A stretch of DNA of 64,000 nucleotides. It comes from an uncultured Actinomycetota bacterium (GTDB lineage Bacteria; Actinomycetota; Actinomycetes; JAHEKZ01). The notes under the pieces were generated by a model that worked only from the letters and a program-made list of their open reading frames with translations, was not told the origin of the DNA and ran no database searches. The stretch lies in the NCBI GenBank assembly GCA_963743915.1, contig CAVURN010000005.1:160001-224000 (forward strand), written 5' to 3'. Every line of letters begins with the position of its first letter. Positions within the stretch are counted from its first letter, which is position 1. Of the stretch, positions 53,238 to 63,053 are shown in pieces. The position numbers and the translations under genes are program-made.

Positions 53238-54903
53238 CTGCTCGACCCTCGGGAGCCGATGACCGCCGCGGGCCGCCGACACTCAGGGGCATCCGACGGC
53301 CGGTACGCATGTCCGGCGGGTCAAGCGGAAGGGGAGCCTTGTCGATCTCCGCACCCAGTCGGCGCGGCAGGGTCAGCCGGAAGCTCGCGCCGTCGCCGGG
53401 TTCACCCCACGCCTGCAGCCAGCCACCGTGGAGGTGGGCGTCCTCGAGGGCGATGGGGAGCCCGAGCCCGGTGCCGCCGAGCGAACGTGCCCGGGCGGGA
53501 TCGGCCCGCCAGAAGCGGTTGAACACCAGCGACGACTCACCGGGCCGCAGGCCGGTCCCGTGGTCGCGGACGCAGACGGCCACCGCGTCGTCCGAGACTC
53601 CGACTCGGACGTCGATCGGTTCGCCCTCACCGTGCTCGAACGCGTTGGCGAGCAGGTTGCGCAGGATGCGGTCGACCCGGCGTGGGTCGTACTCCGCCGT
53701 GGCCGGCTCCGCACACGGGTGCAGCCGGACCTCGGTGCCCATCCGCTCGGCCAGCGGACGCATCACCTCGACGACGGAGGCGACGGTGTCACGCAGGTCA
53801 CCGCGGACCGGGTCGAGGGTCGCGGCCCCGGCATCGAACCGGGAGATCTCGAGGAGGTCGGCAAGCAGAGCCTCGAACCGGTCGAGCTGGTTCTGCAGCA
53901 GCTCCGCCGAGCGCGCGGTTGCCGGGTCGAACGAGCCTCGCGCCTCGTGCAGCACGTCGGTCGCCATCCGGACGGTGGTGAGGGGTGTGCGCAGCTCGTG
54001 GGAGACGTCCGACACGAAGCGGCGCTGCACCCGGGACAGGTCCTCGAGCTGGCTGATCTTCAGCTGCAGGCTCTCCGCCATGTCGTTGAAAGACCGGGCC
54101 AGCCGCGCCAGGTCGTCCTCGCCGCGGACCTTCATGCGTTCGGACAGGTGTCCTGCGGAGAACTCCTCGGCGATCGCCGCCGCATAGCGCACCGGGTCGA
54201 CGACCTGACGCGTGACGAACCACGAGATCCACGCGAGCAGCAGCACCAGGACCAGCCCGGCGAACATCAGGGTCCGTTCGACGAGGTCCAGCGTCTGCTG
54301 CTCCTGGGTGAGCGGAAAGAGGTAGTAGAGCTCCGCGGCGCCGAGACCAGGCACATCCAGCGGCGCACCGACCGCGAAGCCCGGCACCGAGGGCCGGCCG
54401 TCGCCATAGCTGATCTCGGTGAACGTCGACGCCTGCACACCGTCCAGCTGGACGGCCTCCCGCAGGTCCGCCGGCACACTCGCCTCGCGCACCGGGCTGG
54501 AGCTGAACTGCTGGAACGACGTCGACGGGCTCAGCAGCAGGACGTCGTACAGCCGAGGGGTGCCCGCGCCGCGGTTGGCCATCTGGACGAAGACCTGTTG
54601 CACCAGCTGCGGAGCAGTGTCCGGGTCGGCCTGGTCGGATGCCGCGATCAGCGCCTCGGCCTGGTTGAGCCCGGCGCGTGCCTCGACCAGGGAGGCTCGC
54701 TGTCGGGCGTCGAGGAGCCCGGAGGTGATGCGACCGACGAGGATCTGGCCCAGCACGACGACGACGACCAGGGAGAGCGCGAGGGTCGTGGCGACGACCC
54801 GCAGGTACAGCGACGAGCGCCAGCGGTGCCGGACCGCGCCGACGGTCCGGCCCATCCAGCGTCCGACCGGCCCGCGGCCGAGGCTGCCTGCGTGGAGGTC
54901 CAT
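53230..54903 (-). CDS. mtrB: Sensor histidine kinase MtrB
   Basis: WR.SL.LRV, SDVSHELRTPLTT.RMA, RFWRADP.R.R..GGTGLGL. Confidence 0.96.
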   Translation of the reverse strand: MDLHAGSLGRGPVGRWMGRTVGAVRHRWRSSLYLRVVATTLALSLVVVVVLGQILVGRITSGLLDARQRASLVEARAGLNQAEALIAASDQADPDTAPQLVQQVFVQMANRGAGTPRLYDVLLLSPSTSFQQFSSSPVREASVPADLREAVQLDGVQASTFTEISYGDGRPSVPGFAVGAPLDVPGLGAAELYYLFPLTQEQQTLDLVERTLMFAGLVLVLLLAWISWFVTRQVVDPVRYAAAIAEEFSAGHLSERMKVRGEDDLARLARSFNDMAESLQLKISQLEDLSRVQRRFVSDVSHELRTPLTTVRMATDVLHEARGSFDPATARSAELLQNQLDRFEALLADLLEISRFDAGAATLDPVRGDLRDTVASVVEVMRPLAERMGTEVRLHPCAEPATAEYDPRRVDRILRNLLANAFEHGEGEPIDVRVGVSDDAVAVCVRDHGTGLRPGESSLVFNRFWRADPARARSLGGTGLGLPIALEDAHLHGGWLQAWGEPGDGASFRLTLPRRLGAEIDKAPLPLDPPDMRTGRRMPLSVGGPRRSSAPEGRADG

Positions 54904-54906
54904 GCC

Positions 54907-55584
54907 CTAGGCCGGACCGGCCTTGTACCCGACCCCTCGGACGGTCACGACGATCTCCGGGTGCTCGGGGTCGCGCTCGATCTTCGACCGCAGCCGCTGC
55001 ACGTGGACGTTGACCAACCGGGTGTCCGCCGCGTGACGGTACCCCCACACCTGCTCGAGCAGGATCTCCCGGGTGAACACCTGCCACGGCTTGCGGGCCA
55101 GGGCCACCAGGAGGTCGAACTCCAGCGGTGTCAGGGAGATCGCCTCGCCGTCCCGCTTGACGGTGTGACCGGGCACGTCGATCGACAGGTCGCCGATCTC
55201 CAGCGACTCCGGGCGGCCCTCGTCTGTGCGGCGCATCCGCGCGCGGATGCGCGCCACGAGCTCCTTCGGTTTGAAGGGCTTGACCACGTAGTCGTCCGCG
55301 CCCGTCTCCAGACCGAGCACGACGTCGACCGTGTCGCCCTTGGCGGTGAGCATGACGATCGGCACCCCGGACTCTGCGCGGATCTCGCGGCAGATCTCGA
55401 TGCCGTCCCTTCCCGGCAGCATGAGATCGAGCAGCACCAGGTCGGGGTTGAACTCCTTGAAGGCCGCCACCGCCCGCTCCCCGTCGGCGCACAGATAGGG
55501 CTCAAAGCCTTCTCCGCGCAGCACGATGCCGAGCATCTCCGACAGCGCGGTGTCGTCGTCCACGACCAGGATGCGTCCCTTCAT
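54907..55584 (-). CDS. mtrA: Response regulator MtrA
   Basis: LVVDDD.AL.EML.IVL..EGF, VWGYRHAADTRLVNVHVQRLR. Confidence 0.97.
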   Translation of the reverse strand: MKGRILVVDDDTALSEMLGIVLRGEGFEPYLCADGERAVAAFKEFNPDLVLLDLMLPGRDGIEICREIRAESGVPIVMLTAKGDTVDVVLGLETGADDYVVKPFKPKELVARIRARMRRTDEGRPESLEIGDLSIDVPGHTVKRDGEAISLTPLEFDLLVALARKPWQVFTREILLEQVWGYRHAADTRLVNVHVQRLRSKIERDPEHPEIVVTVRGVGYKAGPA

Positions 55585-55658
55585 GGCGCCCATCGTCGCA
55601 CCTCGGGCCCGGACGTGGCACCACGACGCTCCTCGTGCCACCGTGGCACGATGGCGCG

Positions 55659-56627
55659 ATGACCGACGACCCCACGCCACCGGACGCGTCGCCGGGCCCG
55701 ACCCCGCCCACGGCCTGGACGCCGCCGCCGCCGATGGGGAGCTGGGGACCCCCACCTCCCGCTCAGAAGCCCGGTGTCATCCCCCTGCGTCCGCTCGGCA
55801 TCCCCGAGCTCCTGGACGGGGCCATCACGGCCATCCGCCGGTACCCCCGTTCGATCCTTGTGCCGTCGTTCGTCGTGGCGCTCGCCCTCGGGCTGCTGGG
55901 GTTCGTCACGTCGCTGCTCACCATCGGGATCTACGACGGCCTCGCCGACCTGGACCCGGAGACCGCGAGCGGCAGCGACATCGTCGGTCTCCTCGGGCCG
56001 ACCCTGCTGCTGACCCTGGTGTCGGCACTCTTCCAGCTCGTCGCCACGGTGCTGCTCACCGGCATCGTGACGGTCGTGATGGGTGAGGCGGTGCTGGGGC
56101 GCGAGATCAGTCTCGAGGAGGCGTGGCAGCGGGTGCGGCCGCATGCCTGGGCCCTGATCGGGCTCTCGCTGCTGACGACGCTGATCCTGATCCCGCTGTT
56201 CCTGCTCTGCGTGCTGCCCGGCATCTGGGTGGGCGTCGGGCTCTCGCTGGCGTCGGCTGCGCTCGTGCTCGAGCGCTCCGGCGTCGGGGCCGCACTGAGC
56301 CGCTCGTGGCAGCTGGTCAAGGGCGCCTGGTGGCGTACCTTCGGCGCGCTCGCGCTGATGGTGCTGATCTACTTCGTCATCAGCGCCGCCGTCAGCATCC
56401 CGTTCTCCGTGCCCGAGTTCGTCGCGCCCTCGATCGACCCGGTCAACCTGACGGTGGACGAGACCCGCTTCATCATCAACACGACCATCAGCACGGTGGG
56501 CAGCGTCATCGTCTCGACCATCACGCTGCCCTTCGTCGCTGCCGTGATCGCACTGATCTACATCGACCGTCGGATGCGGGTGGAGGGGCTCGACATCACC
56601 CTGGCTCGGCAGGCACAGGGGCTGTGA
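55659..56627 (+). CDS. Integral membrane protein of the MoxR cluster
   Basis: KPGVIPLRPLG..E.LDG, RSW.LV.G.WWR, LIY.D.RMR.EGLD. Confidence 0.88.
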   Translation: MTDDPTPPDASPGPTPPTAWTPPPPMGSWGPPPPAQKPGVIPLRPLGIPELLDGAITAIRRYPRSILVPSFVVALALGLLGFVTSLLTIGIYDGLADLDPETASGSDIVGLLGPTLLLTLVSALFQLVATVLLTGIVTVVMGEAVLGREISLEEAWQRVRPHAWALIGLSLLTTLILIPLFLLCVLPGIWVGVGLSLASAALVLERSGVGAALSRSWQLVKGAWWRTFGALALMVLIYFVISAAVSIPFSVPEFVAPSIDPVNLTVDETRFIINTTISTVGSVIVSTITLPFVAAVIALIYIDRRMRVEGLDITLARQAQGL

Positions 56628-57253
56628 CTGCGCCGTGGGGCATCCCCGTCGACATCGGTGGGCCCGAGGCACGTGACCTGGCGCTGCGCGAGCTCGCCGA
56701 CCCCGTCTACGCACGGGCGCAGCCGCCGTGGTGGCAGCGAGCCGCCACCTGGCTCTGGGACCGCATCGGGTCAGCCGTCAGTGATCTCGTCGGTGCCGCC
56801 GACGGCGTCGTCTGGATCATCGTCCTGGTCGCCGTGATCAGCCTGCTGCTCCTGGTCGTCGCCCGCCGGGTCGGATGGGTGGCGCGTCGACACCCCGCAC
56901 GCGGTGCGGTCTTCACCGATCGCACCGTGAGCGCCGCCGCGCACCGTGCCTCGGCGTCCGACGCCGCCGCGCGCGCCGACTGGACCACCGCCACCCTGGA
57001 GATCTTCCGTGCGCTGGTCCGGTCCATGGAGGAGCGCGGCGCCGTCGACGCCCGCCCAGGGCGAACGGCCGACGAGGCTGCGGCTGCGGGTGCGGCCACG
57101 TTCCCGTCGTCGCGCACTGCCCTGTCCGATGCGGCACGCACCTTCGACGAGGTCGCGTACGGCGGACGCCCGGGCACCGCAGCGGGCTACGACCGGTTGC
57201 GGGACCTCGACGCCGCCCTGCGGTCCACCTCGATGGTGGGGCAGCCGGCATGA
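56624..57253 (+). CDS. DUF4129 protein
   Basis: AR....REL..P.Y, PGRTADE, FDEV.YG. Confidence 0.88.
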   Translation: MTAPWGIPVDIGGPEARDLALRELADPVYARAQPPWWQRAATWLWDRIGSAVSDLVGAADGVVWIIVLVAVISLLLLVVARRVGWVARRHPARGAVFTDRTVSAAAHRASASDAAARADWTTATLEIFRALVRSMEERGAVDARPGRTADEAAAAGAATFPSSRTALSDAARTFDEVAYGGRPGTAAGYDRLRDLDAALRSTSMVGQPA

Positions 57254-58380
57254 GTCTGACGACGAGCCGCGCGACCGGACGCCGACGCCTGGCCGTCGCG
57301 GCGGGGGTGCTGGTGGGGCTGGGGCTGATGACCGCACTGCTGACCCCCGCGACCAGCAGGACCTACCTCGATCCCGATGCCGCGACTCCAGGGGGGACGC
57401 GAGCACTCGCCGAGCTGCTGCGCGCGCAGGGCGCCACGGTGGAGCGGACCACCGATGCAGCGCGCGCTCTGCGATCGCCCCCCGGCACCACCGTGGTGGT
57501 GGCGTACCCGGAGATCCTCAGCCCCACCGTGCTCCGTGAACTGGAGACTGCTCAGGCGGACGTCGTCCTGCTCGGCGTCCCCGCACAGTCACCCGCATAC
57601 CTCGGCGTGACCCCGATCGACACCGCCGATGTCGACGAACGCCTCCCGGACTGTGCCCTGCCTGCGGCAACCGCGGCGGGTACCGCGCTCACCGGCGGTG
57701 TCGTCTACGCGGTCGGTCCCCATCCGGAACGCGACGACCTGTCCCCAGGCGCCTCGTGCTACCCGGCCGGCGACGGTGGCACCGTCGTCCAGGTGACCAC
57801 GGCGGCCGGTCAGCGGCACACCGTCCTCGGCTCCGCCGAGTTCATGACCAACGACCGGCTGGCCGACGACGGCAACGCGGCCCTCGCACTGAACCTGGTC
57901 GGTACGCAGTCGGCCGTCGTGTGGTGGTTGCCCACCCCGGAGTTCACCGGGACGCAGCCGCTCACGTCGTTGCTGCCGGAGGCTGTGTGGCCCCTGTTGG
58001 CCGCGATTGTCGTCGTGGCCGTCGCGCTCGCCGCCTGGAGAGGTCGTCGGCTCGGTCCGGTGGTGGTCGAACCGCTTCCCGTCGCGGTGCGGGCCTCCGA
58101 GACCACCGAGGGACGGGCGCAGATCTACCAGCGATACCGCACGCGCGACCAGGCGGCGCAGCATCTCCGGCGACGGACCCAGACCCTGCTGGTCCGGCGA
58201 CTCGGACTCCCCAGGGCGTCCGGAGCCGACGTCGTCGTCGCTGCGACCTCCCGCGTCGCGGGGCGTCGCGAGGACGAGGTGCAGCGGCTTCTGTACGGTG
58301 CTGCGCCACACGACGACGCCAGCCTCGTGTCGCTGGCCCAGCAGCTGTCCACCCTCGAGCAGGAAGCAGGTCAGCGGTGA
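57250..58380 (+). CDS. DUF4350 protein
   Basis: LDP....P.G.RALA.LL, N..L...GNAALA, RRLGP.V.EPLPV.V.A.ET. Confidence 0.88.
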   Translation: MSLTTSRATGRRRLAVAAGVLVGLGLMTALLTPATSRTYLDPDAATPGGTRALAELLRAQGATVERTTDAARALRSPPGTTVVVAYPEILSPTVLRELETAQADVVLLGVPAQSPAYLGVTPIDTADVDERLPDCALPAATAAGTALTGGVVYAVGPHPERDDLSPGASCYPAGDGGTVVQVTTAAGQRHTVLGSAEFMTNDRLADDGNAALALNLVGTQSAVVWWLPTPEFTGTQPLTSLLPEAVWPLLAAIVVVAVALAAWRGRRLGPVVVEPLPVAVRASETTEGRAQIYQRYRTRDQAAQHLRRRTQTLLVRRLGLPRASGADVVVAATSRVAGRREDEVQRLLYGAAPHDDASLVSLAQQLSTLEQEAGQR

Positions 58381-59372
58381 CCGACGGATCCCAGCAGTCC
58401 GCACAGCAGCCGGCCCAGCAGGGCGACGACCCGCGTTCCGCCCTGCTCGCCGTACGCGCAGAGGTGGCCAAGGCGGTCGTCGGGCAGGACGCCGTGGTCA
58501 GTGGGGTGCTGATCGCCCTGCTCTGCCGCGGGCACGTGCTGCTCGAGGGGGTGCCGGGGACCGCCAAGACCCTGCTCGTGCGAACCCTCGCGCAGACCCT
58601 CGCCGTCGACAGCAAGAGGGTGCAGTTCACCCCCGACCTGATGCCGGGAGACGTCACCGGCTCCCTCGTCTACGACGCCCGGACCGCCGAGTTCGCCTTC
58701 CGGCCGGGGCCCGTCTTCACCAACCTCCTCCTGGCTGACGAGATCAACCGCACGCCCCCCAAGACGCAGGCCGCGCTGCTCGAGGCGATGGAGGAGCGTC
58801 AGGTGAGCGTCGACGGGGTCCCGCGCCCTCTGCCTGAGCCCTTCCTGGTGGCGGCCACGCAGAACCCGGTGGAGTACGAAGGCACCTACCCGCTGCCAGA
58901 GGCGCAGCTCGACCGCTTCCTGCTGAAGCTGACGATGCCCATACCGGCGCGCGACGACGAGATCGACATCGTCACGCGGCACGCCGCCGGCTTCGACCCG
59001 CGAGATCTGGTGGCCGCCGGTATCAGGGCGGTGGCCGACGTCGCTGCGCTCGACGAGGCCCGGCGGTCGGTCGCCACCGTGACCATCTCCTCCGACGTGG
59101 CGGGCTACGTGGTCGACCTGGCCCGGGCCACGCGGGCCGCCAGCGGGGTGGAGCTCGGCGTCTCGCCGCGCGGGAGCACCGCGCTGCTCGCCGCCGCCCG
59201 GGCGTGGGCGTGGCTGAGCGCCCGCGACTTCGTCACCCCCGACGACGTCAAGACCGTGGCCAAACCCGCCTGGCGGCACCGCCTCCAGCTGCGGGCGGAA
59301 GCGCAGCTCGAGGGAAGCACGGCCGATGGCGTGCTGGACGCCGTGCTGAGCGCGGTCCCGGTGCCGCGCTGA
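58377..59372 (+). CDS. MoxR-family AAA+ ATPase
   Basis: LEGVPG.AKT, QFTPDLMP.D, DEINRTPPKTQ, YPLPEAQLDRF. Confidence 0.96.
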   Translation: MTDGSQQSAQQPAQQGDDPRSALLAVRAEVAKAVVGQDAVVSGVLIALLCRGHVLLEGVPGTAKTLLVRTLAQTLAVDSKRVQFTPDLMPGDVTGSLVYDARTAEFAFRPGPVFTNLLLADEINRTPPKTQAALLEAMEERQVSVDGVPRPLPEPFLVAATQNPVEYEGTYPLPEAQLDRFLLKLTMPIPARDDEIDIVTRHAAGFDPRDLVAAGIRAVADVAALDEARRSVATVTISSDVAGYVVDLARATRAASGVELGVSPRGSTALLAAARAWAWLSARDFVTPDDVKTVAKPAWRHRLQLRAEAQLEGSTADGVLDAVLSAVPVPR

Positions 59373-59373
59373 C

Positions 59374-60678
59374 GTGCGCATGGACCTGGTCGTCACAGGA
59401 CGCGCCACGCTGGGTGCCGCCGCCCTGGCTGTCGCCGTCCTGGTGGTGCCCGGGTGGAGCACGTTCTGGCTCGGTCTTGCGCTGCTGCTCCTCCTGGTGG
59501 CCGTCGATGCGCTGCGCGCGCCGAACCCTCGACAGCTGGGCCTGAGCCGAGAGGGGGACACGCAGGTACGGATCGGCGAGTCCGCCACGACGCGGCTCCG
59601 CATCACTCACACCGGCACCCGGTCCGCCCGCGGCTGGCTGCGGGACGCCTGGCCACCCTCCGCAGGGGCGTGGCCGGCGGCGGTCCCGCTCGACGTCCCG
59701 GCGGGAGAGCGGCGGACCGTCACCACCGAGCTCCGCCCCACGCGCCGCGGCGCCCGCATGCCCGACCGGGTCACGGTGCGCACCCTGGGTCCCTGGGGAC
59801 TCGCCGGACGCCAGCAGAGCACCGCCGTGCCGTGGCGGGTCGACGTGCTGCCACCCTTCCTGTCCCGCAAGCACCTGGCGAGCAAGCTGGCCCGGCTCCG
59901 GGATCTCGACGGACGCGCCGTCGTGCTCCACCGCGGCGAGGGGACGGAGTTCGACTCGCTGCGCGAGTACGTGATCGGCGACGACGTGCGGTCCATCGAC
60001 TGGCGGGCCACAGCGCGCTCGTCCGACGTCATGGTGCGGACGTGGCGGCCCGAACGCGACCGCCACGTGATGATCGTGCTCGACTGCGGCCGCACGTCAG
60101 CGGGTCGGGTCGGGGACGCTCCTCGGCTCGACGCGGCGATCGAGGCGACCTTGCTGCTGACGGCCCTCGCCAGCAGGGCCGGCGACCGGGTCGACGTCCT
60201 GGCCTGGGACCGGCGGGTGCGTGGCTCGGTGCAGGGACAGACCGGCGCCGGTCTGCTCCGTGCGGTCACCTCCATGACCGCTCACGTCGAACCCAGCCTG
60301 GTGGAGACCGACTGGACCGGGCTCGTCCCCGAGATCGCGCGGCGCTCTCGCCACAGGTCGCTCGTGGTTCTCCTTTCCTCGCTCGACCCGTCACCGCTGC
60401 TGCACGGGCTCGCGCCCGTCAGTCCGCTTCTGGTCCGGCGGCATCAGGTGGTGCTGGCGGGAGTCAGCGACCCGGCCATGGCGATGATGCTCCAGCGACC
60501 AGCCGACCTGCACGACACCTACCGCGCCGCAGCAGCCGCCGGCTTCGCCGAGGAGAGACGTACGGCGTCCGACCACATGCAGCGGATCGGGCTGGACGTG
60601 GTGGACGCGCAGCCGGACGATCTCGCACCCGCGCTGGCCGACCACTACCTGGCGCTGAAGGCAGCCGGGCGCCTGTGA
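59374..60678 (+). CDS. DUF58 (vWA-like) protein
   Basis: GTEFDSLREYV.GDDVRSIDWRATAR, YL.LKA.GRL. Confidence 0.93.
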   Translation: MRMDLVVTGRATLGAAALAVAVLVVPGWSTFWLGLALLLLLVAVDALRAPNPRQLGLSREGDTQVRIGESATTRLRITHTGTRSARGWLRDAWPPSAGAWPAAVPLDVPAGERRTVTTELRPTRRGARMPDRVTVRTLGPWGLAGRQQSTAVPWRVDVLPPFLSRKHLASKLARLRDLDGRAVVLHRGEGTEFDSLREYVIGDDVRSIDWRATARSSDVMVRTWRPERDRHVMIVLDCGRTSAGRVGDAPRLDAAIEATLLLTALASRAGDRVDVLAWDRRVRGSVQGQTGAGLLRAVTSMTAHVEPSLVETDWTGLVPEIARRSRHRSLVVLLSSLDPSPLLHGLAPVSPLLVRRHQVVLAGVSDPAMAMMLQRPADLHDTYRAAAAAGFAEERRTASDHMQRIGLDVVDAQPDDLAPALADHYLALKAAGRL

Positions 60679-60682
60679 CCGG

Positions 60683-62527
60683 CTACGAGCTGTTGCCGCC
60701 ACCTCCGGACCCGCCCTGGGCCTGCTGACCGGAGTCGGCGGGCTTGTCGCTGGGCTTGTCGCTGGGCTTGTCGCTGGGCTTGTCAGAAGGCTTGTCAGAA
60801 GGCTTGTCGCTGGGCTTGTCGCTGGGCTTGGGATCCGGCTTCGCCGAGCAGATGACCGTCGGTGCCGCGCTGTACGAGGTGGACAGCGGCTCCCGGCGCT
60901 CGACCTTCCCGTCACGCGACCAGACGCGGGTGACCACGATGTCGAAGCCGTCGACTCCGTACTGCGCGACGCAGCCTTCGGCCGGGTCGTAGACGGTGCC
61001 CGCAGGGCGGATGTTCGTCCGCGGTCCGAACTCCGCCTTGATGTCCCAGTACTTGGTGCTCCACATGGTCGTGGTGACGGAGGTGTCCGTGACCGACGCG
61101 GTGATCAACACCCCGTAGGGGGTGTCGTTGCGGAACTTCAGGTCGAGGTTGCCCCACGAGACCGTCGCCTCGAGGCCGGGAAGGTAGCGGGAGATCCAGA
61201 AGCCGTGGGCACGCTGCTCGACCCGTGTCATGCCGGCGTAGAACGCGGTGTGCCACATCGCCGTGGTGATGGTCGAGACAGCGCCGCCGTAGTCCTCCAC
61301 GAGCCGGTTGCCCACGATGATGTAGCCCTTGACGAACCCGTTCTCCGGCGTCCTCTCACCGACGACCCCGTTCAGGCTGAAGGTCTCGCCGGGCTCGAGG
61401 ACCGTCCCGGTGATCTTCTCGGCTGCGACGCCGATGTTCGTGACCCGGTACGCGGCGTAGGGGAACTCCTGGGTGAACGTCGAGATGACCTCGCTCACCC
61501 CCAGGTCCTTCGCCTCGCGCGTGGTCAGGTCCGGGACGACCTTGCCCATCTCGAGCTCTGCCCGACGGTCGTCCGCCGCCAAGGCGGCGACCAGCCCGTC
61601 GGCGAGCTGCTGGTCGTCGACACCGAAGCCGGTCTTGCCGGGAACGACCTTGGGCGTCCCTGAGGACACGTCGAACGAGGCATCCACTGCTGGGGTGCCG
61701 ACCTCGGCAAGGGGCTCACCCAGCAGCTCTCGGAGAGCCGCACCGTCGACCGTGGGCTCCATGCCGTCCTCCGTGGCCCGGAAGGACAGGACGGCCGCGA
61801 TCTGTTCCGGCTCCACCGTGAGCGTGGCGCCGTCGACCTGGAGCGTCACCGGCGCTGACACGGCCTCGACGGCGGCCGTCGCGGCGGTCTCGTCGAGCTC
61901 GGACTCGGAGACCAGCGGCTCCACCGTCTCCACCGCGATGGCGACCGGTTCCTCGCCGACCAGGTAGGAGTCGGCGATCGCAGTGGCGGCGGCGGCCCGG
62001 TCGAGGGCGACACCGGCCCGCGGAGCGACCGTGACCACCTCGCTGCCGTCGTATCCGATGCGTGGTTGTCGGACGGGCTGGTCGACCCGCCGAGCCAGGG
62101 CGCGGACGCCACGGGTGAGCTGGCGCGCGTCCACGTCGATCGCGGGATCGACCTCCTGCCCGAACACCTGGCCCACCAGGCGCAGGGAAAGCGCCTCACG
62201 ACGAGGCACGGCGTCCACGCTTGCCTCGGGGTCGAACTGCAGGCCGAAGCGGGACGCCGGGAGGCTCCGGACCCGACCGTCGACGTCCACCGAGACCGAC
62301 GCGGCGCGCTCGGCAAGCTGATCGTCCAGCCGTTGCACGGCGGCCACGTCGTCCAGCCCCCCGATGTCGACGCCGGCGACCGTGGTGCCGCGCGGGATCT
62401 CGCTCCCGACCCACAGCAGCGCCGTGGCGTAGGAGAGCAGGAGCGCCGAGACGACGGCGAGCACGACGAAAGTCGTCGCACGGCGCCGTCGCGCAGACCC
62501 CTGCCGCGAGGGAACGGACTCACTCAT
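60683..62527 (-). CDS. VanW-family protein with PG-binding repeats and KPSD tail
   Basis: N-terminal TM, GVD.GG, PGETFSLN..VG.RT...GF, RY..G.EAT, DLKF.NDT. Confidence 0.92.
   Translation of the reverse strand: MSESVPSRQGSARRRRATTFVVLAVVSALLLSYATALLWVGSEIPRGTTVAGVDIGGLDDVAAVQRLDDQLAERAASVSVDVDGRVRSLPASRFGLQFDPEASVDAVPRREALSLRLVGQVFGQEVDPAIDVDARQLTRGVRALARRVDQPVRQPRIGYDGSEVVTVAPRAGVALDRAAAATAIADSYLVGEEPVAIAVETVEPLVSESELDETAATAAVEAVSAPVTLQVDGATLTVEPEQIAAVLSFRATEDGMEPTVDGAALRELLGEPLAEVGTPAVDASFDVSSGTPKVVPGKTGFGVDDQQLADGLVAALAADDRRAELEMGKVVPDLTTREAKDLGVSEVISTFTQEFPYAAYRVTNIGVAAEKITGTVLEPGETFSLNGVVGERTPENGFVKGYIIVGNRLVEDYGGAVSTITTAMWHTAFYAGMTRVEQRAHGFWISRYLPGLEATVSWGNLDLKFRNDTPYGVLITASVTDTSVTTTMWSTKYWDIKAEFGPRTNIRPAGTVYDPAEGCVAQYGVDGFDIVVTRVWSRDGKVERREPLSTSYSAAPTVICSAKPDPKPSDKPSDKPSDKPSDKPSDKPSDKPSDKPADSGQQAQGGSGGGGNSS
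60741..60830. repeat. 7.5 x 12-bp tandem repeat (KPSD x7)
   Basis: GGCTTGTCGCTG and GGCTTGTCAGAA units. Confidence 0.92.
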
Positions 62528-63027
62528 GCCTCGGCCTTGACCCCCACCGAGCAGTAGCGACGTCGGTAGTAGAGCAGCGGCTCAGGGTCGACCTTCTCCG
62601 GGATCTCCACGTTGGTCACCTGGCCGATGACCACGTCATGGTCACCGGCGCGGTGGATGTCCGTGGTCCGGCACTCCAACGCGGCGAGCGAACCGTCGAA
62701 CCAGGCCACCCCACCGGGCGAGCGGTGGTGCGCGGTGCGGTCGAGCTGGCCGAGCAAGGGACGACCCTTGGTCGCGAACCACCGCGACGTGGCTTCGGCG
62801 TCCGCGGGGAGTAGTGAGACGCCCCACAGGTCGGTGTCGGTGATCGCCGTGCCGAACCGTGACTCCCGTTCGACGCAGACGAGGACGAGCAGCGGGTCGA
62901 GCGACACAGAGGCGAACGCGTTCGCCGTCATCGCGTGGTCGGTGTCGTCGACGACGCACGTCACGACTGTGATCCCCGTGGCGAAACGACTGACCGCCTC
63001 GCGAAAGGCGTCTGGAGTCGGGGTCAC
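62524..63027 (-). CDS. Flavin reductase-like protein
   Basis: FR......ATG.TVVT, SVSLDP.L.LVC, AGDH....G.V, PL.Y. Confidence 0.92.
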   Translation of the reverse strand: MTPTPDAFREAVSRFATGITVVTCVVDDTDHAMTANAFASVSLDPLLVLVCVERESRFGTAITDTDLWGVSLLPADAEATSRWFATKGRPLLGQLDRTAHHRSPGGVAWFDGSLAALECRTTDIHRAGDHDVVIGQVTNVEIPEKVDPEPLLYYRRRYCSVGVKAEA

Positions 63028-63053
63028 CCAAAGACCCTAACCCGAGGTGCGGA

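Noticed and set aside
51243-55662. 759-aa and 744-aa plus-strand ORFs
   Set aside because: Shadows of lpqB-mtrB-mtrA
60683-62527. VanW or M15 peptidase as a vancomycin resistance locus
   Set aside because: No vanHAX or vanRS; both families are widespread cell-wall proteins
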